Part shown: one piece after another, positions 18,371-27,837 of the stretch
Layout of the letters: each line of letters begins with the position of its first letter
Numbering within the stretch: the stretch's first letter is position 1
Origin: Minisyncoccota bacterium
GTDB lineage: Bacteria; Patescibacteriota; Minisyncoccia; Phycocordibacterales; DATDWN01
NCBI GenBank assembly: GCA_036517395.1
Contig: DATDWN010000010.1
Coordinates: forward strand, 33,922 to 97,921
Reading direction: 5' to 3'
DNA: 64,000 bases
Program-made: the position numbers and the translations under genes
Notes under the pieces: model-generated
Told to the model about the DNA's origin: nothing
The model's input: the letters and a program-made list of their open reading frames with translations, nothing else
The model's database searches: none

Positions 18371-20119
18371 ATGTCCTCATCAGTCGATCAAATCAAATCA
18401 AAAATAGATATTGTCTCGCTTGTTTCCTCGTATATAAAACTGGAAAAAGCCGGGGCGAATTTCAAAGGCAGGTGTCCTTTTCACAACGAAAAGACTCCGT
18501 CGTTTTTTGTCTCGCCTGACAGAGGAAGTTACTATTGTTTTGGTTGCCAAGCCAAAGGTGACATATTCACTTTTGTTCAGGAGTTTGAGGGGCTTGATTT
18601 CATTGGCTCTCTCAAGGTTTTGGCGGACAGAGCGGGAGTTGTGTTGGAGCAGTACAACAGCGGTGATAAAACAGAAAAACAACGTCTGCATTCTGTTTTG
18701 GAACTAGCTGTATTTTTCTACCAGAAAAAGTTGGATGAGAACAAGGAAGCTCTGAAATATCTCCATAGTCGTGGCGTAACCGATGAGACAATAAAAGAAT
18801 TCAGAATTGGTTTTGCTCCGCCCGAGTGGAGGGATTTGTTCGAATATCTTTTGTCGCGGTCTGTGACAGAAGGAGACATGTTGGAAGTTGGTTTGATAAA
18901 GAGGAAAGACGGAACACAATCCAGCTACTACGACACATTTCGAGGACGAATAACATTTCCTATAAATGATTCATCGGGGAGAGTTGTCGGATTTTCCGGT
19001 CGAATACTCGTTCCAGATGACCCCAGTAATAGAGCAGAGCTCAGTACGGGGCAGGCAAGTCAACCAAAATATCTGAACACTCCACAAACTTCGCTTTTCA
19101 ACAAATCAGAAGTTTTGTTTGGGCTGGATAAGGCCAAGAAAGATATAAGGCTAAAAGATTATTCCGTTCTAGTCGAAGGTCAGATGGATCTCATAATGCT
19201 CCATCAGGTTGGTATTACAAACACAGTAGCATCGTCGGGGACAGCACTGACAGAAAACCACCTTATCAAACTGCGCAGATTATCGAACCGCATCATCATG
19301 GCTTATGATGCCGATTCGGCTGGTTTCTCTGCATCAAACAGAAGTTCGCAAATGGCTCTTTCTCTTGGCATGGAACTGAAACTAGCTTCTTTCCCCGAGG
19401 GCAAGGATCCGGCTGATCTGGCAAAGGACGATTTAGAAAAATTAAAAACCTGTTTCAAGAACGCCAAGCACATCATAGATTTCTACACAGACACGCTCCT
19501 AGAGAAGAAACTTCCGCCTCGCGAGTTGGGTAAAGAAATTCAGAAAAACGTTCTGCCTTACGTTTCCATATTGCCAAGTAGCATAGAGCAGTCACATTTT
19601 ATAAAAAGCATCGCTCAAAAGACGTTTATAAAAGAAGAGGCTTTATGGGATGATTTGAAACAAATTGGCAGTACGGGTGTAGTAACAGATAATAGGGCTA
19701 AAAAACCATCTCCGGTTAATCGTACGGAATCTATCGAGAGAAAAATCTATGGAATTATCGCATGGCAAAAAACAAACAAAAGTTCACAGCCAGAGGTCGA
19801 TATTGATGTGCTAGAAAAAAGAGCTAATGAAATTTTTGGACAGAGAATTATAGAACTTCAAAATAGGTATGAAAAAGAGAAAGACTCACTACTATTTGAG
19901 ATAGAATCGTACTATAATGGTAAAACTAATTTAGTAAAAGATGTAGAGGAACTCCTTTTTGGATTGGAGGAAGAATATTTGAAAGAAGAGTTCGCTGTTT
20001 CCATGATTAATCTCCAAAAAGCAGAACAATTAAAAGATGTGGGCCAGATAGCGAAATATTTAGAGGAATGTCAGAGGATTTCACAGAGGATTAATGAGAT
20101 TAAGAGCAAAAAAGTGTGA
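18371..20119 (+). CDS. dnaG: DNA primase
   Basis: CHC2 zinc finger ([15 protein letters not shown]) and TOPRIM domain (EGQMDLI..YDADSAG). Confidence 0.9.
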   Translation: MSSSVDQIKSKIDIVSLVSSYIKLEKAGANFKGRCPFHNEKTPSFFVSPDRGSYYCFGCQAKGDIFTFVQEFEGLDFIGSLKVLADRAGVVLEQYNSGDKTEKQRLHSVLELAVFFYQKKLDENKEALKYLHSRGVTDETIKEFRIGFAPPEWRDLFEYLLSRSVTEGDMLEVGLIKRKDGTQSSYYDTFRGRITFPINDSSGRVVGFSGRILVPDDPSNRAELSTGQASQPKYLNTPQTSLFNKSEVLFGLDKAKKDIRLKDYSVLVEGQMDLIMLHQVGITNTVASSGTALTENHLIKLRRLSNRIIMAYDADSAGFSASNRSSQMALSLGMELKLASFPEGKDPADLAKDDLEKLKTCFKNAKHIIDFYTDTLLEKKLPPRELGKEIQKNVLPYVSILPSSIEQSHFIKSIAQKTFIKEEALWDDLKQIGSTGVVTDNRAKKPSPVNRTESIERKIYGIIAWQKTNKSSQPEVDIDVLEKRANEIFGQRIIELQNRYEKEKDSLLFEIESYYNGKTNLVKDVEELLFGLEEEYLKEEFAVSMINLQKAEQLKDVGQIAKYLEECQRISQRINEIKSKKV

Positions 20120-21423
20120 AAGTAGAAAGTATGAAAGTAAAAATAATGAAGAAGATTAAATCAAAAAAGAATAGCGCTAAATCACAGAAGTCTACTAAAA
20201 AAGTAGCGAAAAAAGTGAAAAAAGCAAAGAAGCGCAAGAAATTTGTTGTGCCGAAGATTCGTACCAAAAAGAAAAATAAATCTTCACTGGCCATGAATGC
20301 CGCCAGAAGTGAGAAAAAAGTAACTTCCAAAAGTGGAAAGGCAGATAAACAAGATCAGGGCATGACGCGACTAATGTCAAAGGGTAAAGAGCGCGGTTAC
20401 ATTACCTTTGATGAGATTTTGAAAGAATTTCCAACGGTTGAAGACGATATTATATTTCTTGATGAACTCTATGAGAAACTTTCTGGAAGTGGCATAGATG
20501 TGCTCGAGGGTGGAGGGCTCCTAGAAACTCCGGCCGCAGATGACCCAGCTAATAAAAAATATAGCTACGGGCGAAATACCGAAGGATCGTACGACTCTAT
20601 ACAAATGTATCTGAAAGAAATTGGTCAGTATCAACTCATTTCCGGTGGTATGGAAAAAGAGCTAGCAAAGAGGATAGAGAAGGGCGATGTAGAAGCTATA
20701 AACCTGCTTGCTCGTGCCAACTTGCGCCTCGTGGTTTCCATCGCCAAAAAGTACGCCAACCGAAGTCCAGACTTGACACTTCTTGATCTTATCCAAGAGG
20801 GCAATCTCGGACTTTTCAAAGCTGTTTCCAAATTCGACTGGACAAAGGGCTACAAGTTTTCAACCTACGCTACATGGTGGATTCGTCAGGCCATCACTCG
20901 TGCCTTGGCTGATCAGTCGCGCACGATACGAGTGCCCGTGCACATGGTGGAGACTATCGCCAAATACAAACAGGTTGTGAGAAGGCTTTCGCAAGACCTA
21001 GGCCGTGATCCATTGCCAGAAGAGATTGCTGTGGAGATGAATTTGCCGGTTGATAAGGTTTATACAATAGAGAAAATCGACCAGAGCACGCTTTCTCTTG
21101 AAAGTCCGATAGGTGAGGACGGCGATGAAAGCAAATCTAAACTAGGGGATTTTCTAGCGGATGAAAAGATTCTCTCTCCTGAGCAGGAAGCATCCAGACG
21201 CATTATTTCAGATCAAGTCAAAGAGATTTTAAACGACCTTCCGGAAAAAGAAAGAAAAATTTTGGAACTTCGTCATGGGCTTGTTGATGGTGTGACACAT
21301 ACACTGGAGGAAGTGGGCAAAGAGTTTGGTGTTACTCGCGAGCGTATACGACAGATTGAAGCCAAGGCGCATGAGAAGATTAGGCAACATGATAAGATAA
21401 ACCGATTACGTAACTATTATTAA
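20116..21423 (+). CDS. rpoD: RNA polymerase sigma-70 (primary sigma) with lysine-rich N-terminal extension
   Basis: Regions 1.2 to 4 are conserved ([13 protein letters not shown]; region 4 HTH). The N-terminal 60 aa is K-rich. Overlaps the dnaG stop. Confidence 0.9.
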   Translation: MKVESMKVKIMKKIKSKKNSAKSQKSTKKVAKKVKKAKKRKKFVVPKIRTKKKNKSSLAMNAARSEKKVTSKSGKADKQDQGMTRLMSKGKERGYITFDEILKEFPTVEDDIIFLDELYEKLSGSGIDVLEGGGLLETPAADDPANKKYSYGRNTEGSYDSIQMYLKEIGQYQLISGGMEKELAKRIEKGDVEAINLLARANLRLVVSIAKKYANRSPDLTLLDLIQEGNLGLFKAVSKFDWTKGYKFSTYATWWIRQAITRALADQSRTIRVPVHMVETIAKYKQVVRRLSQDLGRDPLPEEIAVEMNLPVDKVYTIEKIDQSTLSLESPIGEDGDESKSKLGDFLADEKILSPEQEASRRIISDQVKEILNDLPEKERKILELRHGLVDGVTHTLEEVGKEFGVTRERIRQIEAKAHEKIRQHDKINRLRNYY

Positions 21424-21432
21424 TTTGAAAAA

Positions 21433-21459
21433 TCCTTGGCGGTTAAACCGCCAAGGAAA
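21433..21459 (+). terminator. Hairpin tccttggcggtt-aa-accgccaagga after rpoD
   Basis: Perfect 12-bp stem. Confidence 0.6.
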
Positions 21460-21487
21460 AATTATTCTATATTTATTAATTTATTTC

Positions 21488-21523
21488 CCACTTAACTTTA
21501 GCGGCCGCTAAAGTTAAGTGGGT
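21488..21523. repeat. 36-bp perfect palindrome cccacttaactttagcggccgctaaagttaagtggg
   Basis: Perfect inverted repeat. A related copy lies at 59155..59190. Confidence 0.8.
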
Positions 21524-21566
21524 TGAACTTATTCTGTTTCTTTACTTTAGATTCTAAAAATCAGAC

Positions 21567-21596
21567 AAATTTACTACAGTATACTGTAGTAAATTT
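21567..21596. promoter_or_regulatory. 30-bp perfect palindrome aaatttactacagtatactgtagtaaattt abutting a consensus promoter (operator-like)
   Basis: Perfect dyad symmetry, 5 bp upstream of the -35 hexamer. Confidence 0.5.
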
Positions 21597-21600
21597 GTGC

Positions 21601-21629
21601 TTGACAGTGGTGGCTGTTTGTGCTATCAT
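21601..21629 (+). promoter_or_regulatory. Sigma-70-type promoter TTGACA-17-TATCAT
   Basis: Exact -35 hexamer with 17-bp spacer. Confidence 0.5.
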
Positions 21630-21688
21630 GGATGGCAGAAATCTGAGAGGTGGATGCCCGTCTCCAAGCCAAGAAAGGGCTAAAACTC

Positions 21689-22243
21689 ATGCGTTTCACA
21701 ATTCGTCTCGTCGTCGTTCTCGGCCTTTTCCTTGGCTCCGCCATCCCGGCGAGCGCACAGGGCAAGGTGTCTGGTTCAGTCGAGGTGCAGAACGTGTTGA
21801 GTGAGAGTGGGGTCGTCCCGCAACTCGACGCGTACGTGCACGGGCCACTCTCGGGCAAGATCGGCTGGACGGTTTGGATGCTCGTGTCGAAGTCGTGGAG
21901 TGAGGGGCTCTTCGGGGTCACCTACGCGCCGGCCAAGTGGATCGAGGTGTCCGCGAGCGCTGGGCTGGAAAGCAACAAGAGCCCGTTTCGCGGCGCCGCG
22001 AGTATCTGGATGGGGAGTGGCAAGTACTCCTTCGTCTCGCTCCATGAAAAGGGTGGGAGCGGACGCTGGATGAAGAACGTGGCGACGTATGAGGTCAACA
22101 AGACTCTCACCGTCGGCGTTCTCCAACAGTCGTTCGTTGGGGTCGGCCCCTACGCCGCGGTCAAGGTGGGACGTATGACCATCTGGGGTGCGTACGCCGT
22201 CGCTGACGATCGCGGTTTGCTCACCGCGAAGTTCACGTTCTGA
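21689..22243 (+). CDS. Secreted small beta-barrel (OMP-like) protein, paralog 1; GC-rich
   Basis: Signal peptide MRFTIRLVVVLGLFLGSAIPASAQG. Alternating amphipathic strands. C-terminal ...AKFTF (terminal Phe). The ORF start is trimmed to the Met that carries the signal peptide. Confidence 0.5.
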   Translation: MRFTIRLVVVLGLFLGSAIPASAQGKVSGSVEVQNVLSESGVVPQLDAYVHGPLSGKIGWTVWMLVSKSWSEGLFGVTYAPAKWIEVSASAGLESNKSPFRGAASIWMGSGKYSFVSLHEKGGSGRWMKNVATYEVNKTLTVGVLQQSFVGVGPYAAVKVGRMTIWGAYAVADDRGLLTAKFTF

Positions 22244-22364
22244 GGGAGTCTCGTGTTGGTGGAGTTTCCCGAAAGGGGACTCCACCGGCAGGAGGCAGAG
22301 GTCCAGAGTAGAATTGTCTACTTCTGGGCTTTTTTCGTACTAAAAATTTCACAAATTTTTGAGG

Positions 22365-22393
22365 TTGACAGGGGCGTTTACTTAGTATATAAT
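22365..22393 (+). promoter_or_regulatory. Sigma-70 consensus promoter TTGACA-17-TATAAT
   Basis: Exact consensus hexamers with 17-bp spacer. SD GGAGGG precedes the ATG at 22444. Confidence 0.55.
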
Positions 22394-22443
22394 AAAAACA
22401 GAAAATCGAGAGGCAGAAACCCGTTTCTAAGGCCGGAGGGCAC

Positions 22444-22995
22444 ATGAAAATAAGCGTCGTTGCCGTTCTACTTGCGCTCGTCGCAGGGACGGCGCAAGCG
22501 CAAGAGCCTGAGGCAAAGATCTCGGGGTTCGTTGAGTCGTACAATCAAATTGTGCGGGGAGAGAAACTCAACTCCTCACTCAACCTGTACATCGAGGGGC
22601 CTATCAAGGGCAGGCTCGGCTGGGCCACTGTGCTCTGGGTCCAGAAGGATTGGACCGAGTGGATGGGCGGTTTCACGGTGACTCCTGCACCGTGGATCGA
22701 GTTCATCGCTGTCCTTGGCGGCGAGACCGACGATCGGCCGCTTCGCGGATCCGGAATCCTCTGGCTCTCGAAGGCGGGTCTGACCCTCGAGGCTGAGTAC
22801 GAAGCTGGTGGAAGTGGAACTTGGTACAGGGCGAACGCCAAGTACAAAGTCCATTTCCTCTCGCTCGGCGTCAACTCGGTTGCCGACGTCGGCACCGGAC
22901 CCTACCTCGAGCTTGGCCTGGGCAAGTGGGATCTCTGGGGGTCCTACGTTGTCAAAGCCCACGGCGGAGTTTTTGGACTTCGTCGCAACTTCTGA
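22444..22995 (+). CDS. Secreted small beta-barrel (OMP-like) protein, paralog 2; GC-rich
   Basis: Signal peptide MKISVVAVLLALVAGTAQA. Alignable to paralog 1 (GRLGWATVLWVQKDW vs GKIGWTVWMLVSKSW). C-terminal ...RRNF. Confidence 0.5.
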   Translation: MKISVVAVLLALVAGTAQAQEPEAKISGFVESYNQIVRGEKLNSSLNLYIEGPIKGRLGWATVLWVQKDWTEWMGGFTVTPAPWIEFIAVLGGETDDRPLRGSGILWLSKAGLTLEAEYEAGGSGTWYRANAKYKVHFLSLGVNSVADVGTGPYLELGLGKWDLWGSYVVKAHGGVFGLRRNF

Positions 22996-23131
22996 CTTCT
23001 GTAATGTCTCAGTCGTCCGAGTTGACTCGCGAGGGTGGAACCTGATTTCAGGGTTCCACCATCGCGAGTTTTTTGATACAAGGAATTTGTAATTTATGAT
23101 ACTATTGATGCAGAACTGATTTGGAGGGACC

Positions 23132-23305
23132 ATGGACCAGCCAATTGAGGAGGCGGGAACGGAGAGACTCTGTCCTTATTGCCACAGCTGGAAAGTGGCT
23201 CCTTTCATAGGAGATTACTACCGCTGTGCCAATGAAGGATGTTATAGACTGATTGAAAAAGATGAACTGCTGGTTCGCAAGGTGAACCAGCCCGAGGGAG
23301 AGTGA
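23132..23305 (+). CDS. Small zinc-ribbon protein (57 aa); GC-rich
   Basis: CPYC...CANEGC. SD GGAGGG at 23123. Below the 60-aa cutoff of the ORF track, so translated by hand. Confidence 0.35.
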   Translation: MDQPIEEAGTERLCPYCHSWKVAPFIGDYYRCANEGCYRLIEKDELLVRKVNQPEGE

Positions 23306-23306
23306 C

Positions 23307-23759
23307 ATGGATGCTACTGATCTCATCCGGCCAGTCAACTTGTTCGAGCAAGATTTCAGCCGTGCAACCGAGGCCGAACGCGAACAAGTGGTGGCACTCT
23401 TACGGGTTTTCATGGCGAGGTTGCGTATCATTCTACGTGGGTGTGAACCCATGGTGAGAAAGGTCACCCCGCAGAACGAAGAGCGTTGCGCGACGTGCGC
23501 TTTCAACCCAGTGACGGACTCTCTCCCAGGGTTTGCTCTCACTGCCTATGGGGTTCTCCAGTGCATCTACAACGACCAGAAGGCTTTTCTCTGCCATGGT
23601 GAAAATCCTGACTGGGAGGATCAGCACCTGATCGACCCCGCGAACCCTATCCTGTGCAACGGCTTCCTTGCAGTTCGGCTCTACGCCGGCATCAGTGCGG
23701 CCCTTCTCGCTATCCGTACGATGAAGGCTATTAGGAAGGTTGTTCCAAAAAGTCCGTAA
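23307..23759 (+). CDS. Hypothetical protein (150 aa); GC-rich
   Basis: Start abuts the zinc-ribbon stop (TGAcATG). Followed by hairpin cgtagaa..ttctacg at 23791..23818. Confidence 0.4.
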   Translation: MDATDLIRPVNLFEQDFSRATEAEREQVVALLRVFMARLRIILRGCEPMVRKVTPQNEERCATCAFNPVTDSLPGFALTAYGVLQCIYNDQKAFLCHGENPDWEDQHLIDPANPILCNGFLAVRLYAGISAALLAIRTMKAIRKVVPKSP

Positions 23760-23833
23760 ATGCGGACAAGAAAGGTGTCCGACCAGCCTCACGTAGAATT
23801 GCCTCGGCCCTTCTACGCGGGGCTTTTCTACTA

Positions 23834-23972
23834 CATCCGCACACCAACTTTGCTCTCATTGCATCCAGTCTCAAAATCTAGATGCACATCTAAGATTTAG
23901 ATATGATTTCCAACTTTTGCTTTAGTCTATATGTAGCAATAGGGAGACAAGAGCAAAGTTGGTGTGCGGATA
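23834..23972. mobile_element. MITE-like element family 1 (CCAAC variant; inverse orientation relative to the 45390 copy)
   Basis: Ends catccgcacaccaactttgctct / agagcaaagttggtgtgcggata. Interior shares gcatccagtctcaaaatctagatgcacatc with the 47607 copy. Confidence 0.8.
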
Positions 23973-24106
23973 CATCCGCACACCAACTTTGCCATCGTCC
24001 TGCTTTTTCAAAAAACTTACTCCTGCTTTATAATTTTTGTTGTAATTTGCTTAAAGTACACCTTAAATCAGGACATAAAAAGTAATGGCAGGGTTGGTGT
24101 TCGGAT
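23973..24106. mobile_element. Degenerate MITE-like element family 1, in tandem with the previous copy
   Basis: Intact left end catccgcacaccaactttgcc. Degenerate right end gggttggtgttcggata. Unrelated interior. Confidence 0.55.
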
Positions 24107-24130
24107 AAAAATCCATGCTATTCTATATGC

Positions 24131-27085
24131 ATGTCATCAGACAAAATCTTCGAAGAACGATATAAAAATCTAAACCAGGAACAGAAAAAAGCCGTTGATA
24201 CTATTGAGGGTCCGGTTATGGTTGTGGCCGGTCCCGGCACTGGTAAGACCACGATTCTGACCCTGCGTATTGCCCAGATTTTGCGTAAAGCCACAGGGGT
24301 TTCCGCCAATGCTATTTTAGCTATTACCTACACAGACGCTGGAGTGAAAGTGATGAGAAGCAAACTACGAGAAATTATAGGCAACACCGCCCATGATGTT
24401 TACATTCACACATTCCACTCTTTTGCATCTAGCATGATAGCAGAGTACCCGGATCACTTTTTAAATATAAATGATTTTCGTCAAATAACTCCGGTCGAAC
24501 AAGAGAGTTTGGTAAGAGAAATAATTACAGAACCAAAGTTCAAAGACCTGCGACCTCTGGGCAAACCGGACGCCTATTTGTCGGGAATTATTCGCGCCAT
24601 AGGTGACGCAAAAAAAGAAGCTTTGATTCCCGAAATGGTTGCTGAAAACGCCCTAAAACAAATAAAAAAAATAGAAGAAGACGAAGACAGCATCTCAACG
24701 CGTGGGGCGACGAAGGGCCAACTCAAAGCTGATGCTTTAGAGAGTATAGAGAAATTGAAAAAGACCATTCTTTTTGCCAGAGTTTATGACCGCTATGAGC
24801 AAATAAAAAGGGAGAAGAAACTTCGTGACTATGACGACCTTATTGTTGAGCTTTTGGTGGCTTTGCAGAACGATGAGCTTTTTCTGCGTCTTGTCCAAGA
24901 AAGATTTCTCTATATCTTAGTTGATGAACATCAAGATACGAACGATTCACAAAACTTTATTATTGCTCTCTTGGCTGAGTTTTTCGAGACACCAAATATT
25001 TTTATTGTGGGGGATGAAAAGCAGGCCATATATCGTTTTCAGGGTGCTTCTGTAGAGAACTTTCTTCGTTTACGCAAGAGGTGGCCGGATATGCAACTTA
25101 TTCACCTCGATACAAACTATCGTTCGCACCAGTCCATACTGGATGCTGTTTGGAGCATGATTGAGAATAATTATGATGGGGAAGAGCACAAAGACTTGCG
25201 GGTTAAACTAAAATCCGAATCTGGGGAAAAGAAGAAACCAGTGGATATTGTCACCGCTGAAAATACTCTGGCTATGGAGGAATATTTGATAGGTGAACTG
25301 AAACGAATTACTTCCGATGATCCAGAGGCCAGTGTAGCGATTATTGTTAGGCGTAATCGAGAACTAGAAAGAGTGCTCCGGTTTCTTGATTTGCGTGGAG
25401 TAGAGGTTTCTTCCGAAAGAAGCGTTGATATATTTCACCATCCTATTGGTATGGCCTTTTTTGACCTTATTGAATATATAAACGACCAGACCAAAATCGA
25501 ATCACTAGCAAAGTCCTTGGCCAGTGGATTGTGGGGACTGTCTCATGTATCCTCAATAGAACTTATTCGCTCTATTGCAAAAGAAGAGTTGGGAAATTTG
25601 GATAAGATTTTACCACAACTAAAAGCCATAAGAGAGAGGATGCTTTCCGATGGCGCTCTTGAAGCTTTGATTTTCATCGCGGAATCCTCTGGTCTTACGG
25701 ATATTATTGCTCGCAATCCTGCCAATGTGTCGGTCTGGCGCGGTATCGTTACTTTGGCTGAGTCCGTAATAAGAGACACACAGGCGGATAATCCGGCGGA
25801 ACTTTTCGCTAGTTTGCTTTCATATCGAGATTCGGCCGAACTAAAACCGGTTAAAGTTTCTGTTGGCGCACCAGATTTGAAAATCAAGGCCATGACCGCT
25901 CATGGTTCCAAAGGTTTGGAATTTGATTATGTTTTTATACCATATGCTACGGAAGAGGCTTGGGTCGGTCGTGTTTGGGGTTCGTCTTTTATTTTGCAGG
26001 ATAGAAACTTTGGCGATCATAATGTCGAGGATATAAGACGGCTTTTTTATGTTGCTATAACCAGAGCCAAGAAACATGTCAGTGTTTTGTATGCCAAAGA
26101 AGAGTCTGATGGACGAGTTTTGACCCCACTTAGATTTATAAATGAGTTGTATTCAAAAGATGTCAAATCGATTGAACTATCGAGAGTCCAGCTTGCTTTG
26201 GATTTTCAGGAAGTAAAAGCAAAGAAAAACAAAACGGATGAAAAAGACAACCAGTACCAGAAGCTCATGATAAATGAGGCCAAAAAAGTCCTAACGGAAA
26301 ATGGTCTTTCGGTGACAGCCCTGAATCATTTTCTGGAATGTCCGAGCAAGTTTTTGTATGAGAGTATTTTGAAGTTGCCACAGGCGCCGAGTGCCTCCTC
26401 GGAGAAGGGTACGGCCATGCACGAAGCTATCTCGGAGATTTGGAGATCAAAGAGGGGTGGGGTGGAAGATATTGAAAAAATTATCACATCAATCACAGCG
26501 GAATATATTGACAGATCTCTAATATCCAAAGGTGATAAGGAGGCTTTGAAAAAGGAACTTGCTCTTAACGCTCCGGCTGTTGCCAAGTCACTTTTTCCTC
26601 ATTTTACCACTACATCAAAAACCTCTGTTGAGAGATGGGTGGAAGCGCCCTTCGACACATCTTATGATAAAGAAAAAATCACAATACATGTACATGGAAA
26701 ACTTGATGTTATTTTAGAAGATTTGGACGAGGTATCCGTTTTTGACTACAAGACACGACAGGCCATGTCTGTGGCTAACATAAAAGGCCAAAACAAGGGC
26801 AACGAAAATGGAAACTATTTCAGACAGCTTGTTTTTTATAAACTGCTTTTGGAAAATGTTCACTTGGGCAGGAATAAGAAGGTTTCCACTTCCTTGGTTT
26901 TTGTTTCTCCTGATGATAAAGGTAGGTGTCCGATTATAACTCTAGAAGTAACATCAGATGATATTAAGAAAGTTAAAGATGAGATAAATGATTTAATAGA
27001 GAATGTTTGGAATGGCGAGTTCGTTAGACACTACTGCAGTAATGCAAACTGCTCATACTGTGCTTATCGTAAACTACTTCAATAA
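24131..27085 (+). CDS. UvrD/PcrA-family ATP-dependent helicase fused to a C-terminal RecB-like PD-(D/E)xK nuclease with Cys cluster (AddB/Cas4-like)
   Basis: GPGTGKT Walker A, DEHQDT Walker B. C-terminal VFDYKT nuclease motif and a CSNANCSYC cysteine cluster. Confidence 0.8.
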   Translation: MSSDKIFEERYKNLNQEQKKAVDTIEGPVMVVAGPGTGKTTILTLRIAQILRKATGVSANAILAITYTDAGVKVMRSKLREIIGNTAHDVYIHTFHSFASSMIAEYPDHFLNINDFRQITPVEQESLVREIITEPKFKDLRPLGKPDAYLSGIIRAIGDAKKEALIPEMVAENALKQIKKIEEDEDSISTRGATKGQLKADALESIEKLKKTILFARVYDRYEQIKREKKLRDYDDLIVELLVALQNDELFLRLVQERFLYILVDEHQDTNDSQNFIIALLAEFFETPNIFIVGDEKQAIYRFQGASVENFLRLRKRWPDMQLIHLDTNYRSHQSILDAVWSMIENNYDGEEHKDLRVKLKSESGEKKKPVDIVTAENTLAMEEYLIGELKRITSDDPEASVAIIVRRNRELERVLRFLDLRGVEVSSERSVDIFHHPIGMAFFDLIEYINDQTKIESLAKSLASGLWGLSHVSSIELIRSIAKEELGNLDKILPQLKAIRERMLSDGALEALIFIAESSGLTDIIARNPANVSVWRGIVTLAESVIRDTQADNPAELFASLLSYRDSAELKPVKVSVGAPDLKIKAMTAHGSKGLEFDYVFIPYATEEAWVGRVWGSSFILQDRNFGDHNVEDIRRLFYVAITRAKKHVSVLYAKEESDGRVLTPLRFINELYSKDVKSIELSRVQLALDFQEVKAKKNKTDEKDNQYQKLMINEAKKVLTENGLSVTALNHFLECPSKFLYESILKLPQAPSASSEKGTAMHEAISEIWRSKRGGVEDIEKIITSITAEYIDRSLISKGDKEALKKELALNAPAVAKSLFPHFTTTSKTSVERWVEAPFDTSYDKEKITIHVHGKLDVILEDLDEVSVFDYKTRQAMSVANIKGQNKGNENGNYFRQLVFYKLLLENVHLGRNKKVSTSLVFVSPDDKGRCPIITLEVTSDDIKKVKDEINDLIENVWNGEFVRHYCSNANCSYCAYRKLLQ

Positions 27086-27775
27086 TGCATCAATGATGCC
27101 TTTGAGATTTTCATACGGCTGGGCACCTTGGACTGGAGTTTTTGTTCCGTCTTTTGAAACTATGATTGAGTTTGGTGTGCCCTTACCACCAGCTGCAATA
27201 GCGTCCTCGTAGTCCGCCTGTACTTTTGCTGCATATTTGCCACTAGACAGACATGTGTTGAAAGCGCTTACATCGAGACCTACCGCTTTTGCCATTATTG
27301 GAAGTTGTGCTGGGTCGAGAGAGTTGTTTGATGTTGTCGTGTCATACAAGAGATTTGTGTATTGCCAAAACTTGGATGGTCCACCGAGCTCGTTTGCGCA
27401 CTCCAGTGCCTCGGCTTCTTTTCGGGCTTTTGGGTGGAGGGAATCAATAGGGAAGTGTCTGTAAACCCAAGCCACTTTACCGTCCTTGCCATACTCGTCC
27501 ATCACACGTCTCATTGTGCTATGGAATACTTTGCAGAAAGGACATTCGGGATCAGAGTATTCGACGATTATGAGGTCAGCGTTGGGATTTCCTATGATGT
27601 GATCGTCTACAGAAACAGGTCTCATCTTTATGTCAGTACTTCCGGTCGTTCCCTGAGTTAATTTATTTGTAGCCACAAGCTGTACTCCTTTCAAGTTTGA
27701 ATAATATAAGGCTCCGCCAATAAGCGCACCGGCGATTATTATTGCGATTGGGACTGACAGTTTTTCTAACGTCAT
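27074..27775 (-). CDS. DsbA-like thiol:disulfide oxidoreductase, membrane-anchored
   Basis: N-terminal TM helix and a CPFC active site (YSDPECPFCKVFH). Confidence 0.7.
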   Translation of the reverse strand: MTLEKLSVPIAIIIAGALIGGALYYSNLKGVQLVATNKLTQGTTGSTDIKMRPVSVDDHIIGNPNADLIIVEYSDPECPFCKVFHSTMRRVMDEYGKDGKVAWVYRHFPIDSLHPKARKEAEALECANELGGPSKFWQYTNLLYDTTTSNNSLDPAQLPIMAKAVGLDVSAFNTCLSSGKYAAKVQADYEDAIAAGGKGTPNSIIVSKDGTKTPVQGAQPYENLKGIIDALLK

Positions 27776-27837
27776 ATGTTTTTGTAAAAATTAATTGTTA
27801 TAGGATTATATCGCACGACGCATTTAGTAGCAATCTC

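Noticed and set aside
21567-21596. E. coli-type SOS box (CTGT-N8-ACAG)
   Set aside because: The palindrome contains ACAGTATACTGT, i.e. the half-sites are in inverted order. It is not a canonical LexA box. The genuine LexA box of this genome is the Cheo type at 7169..7180.
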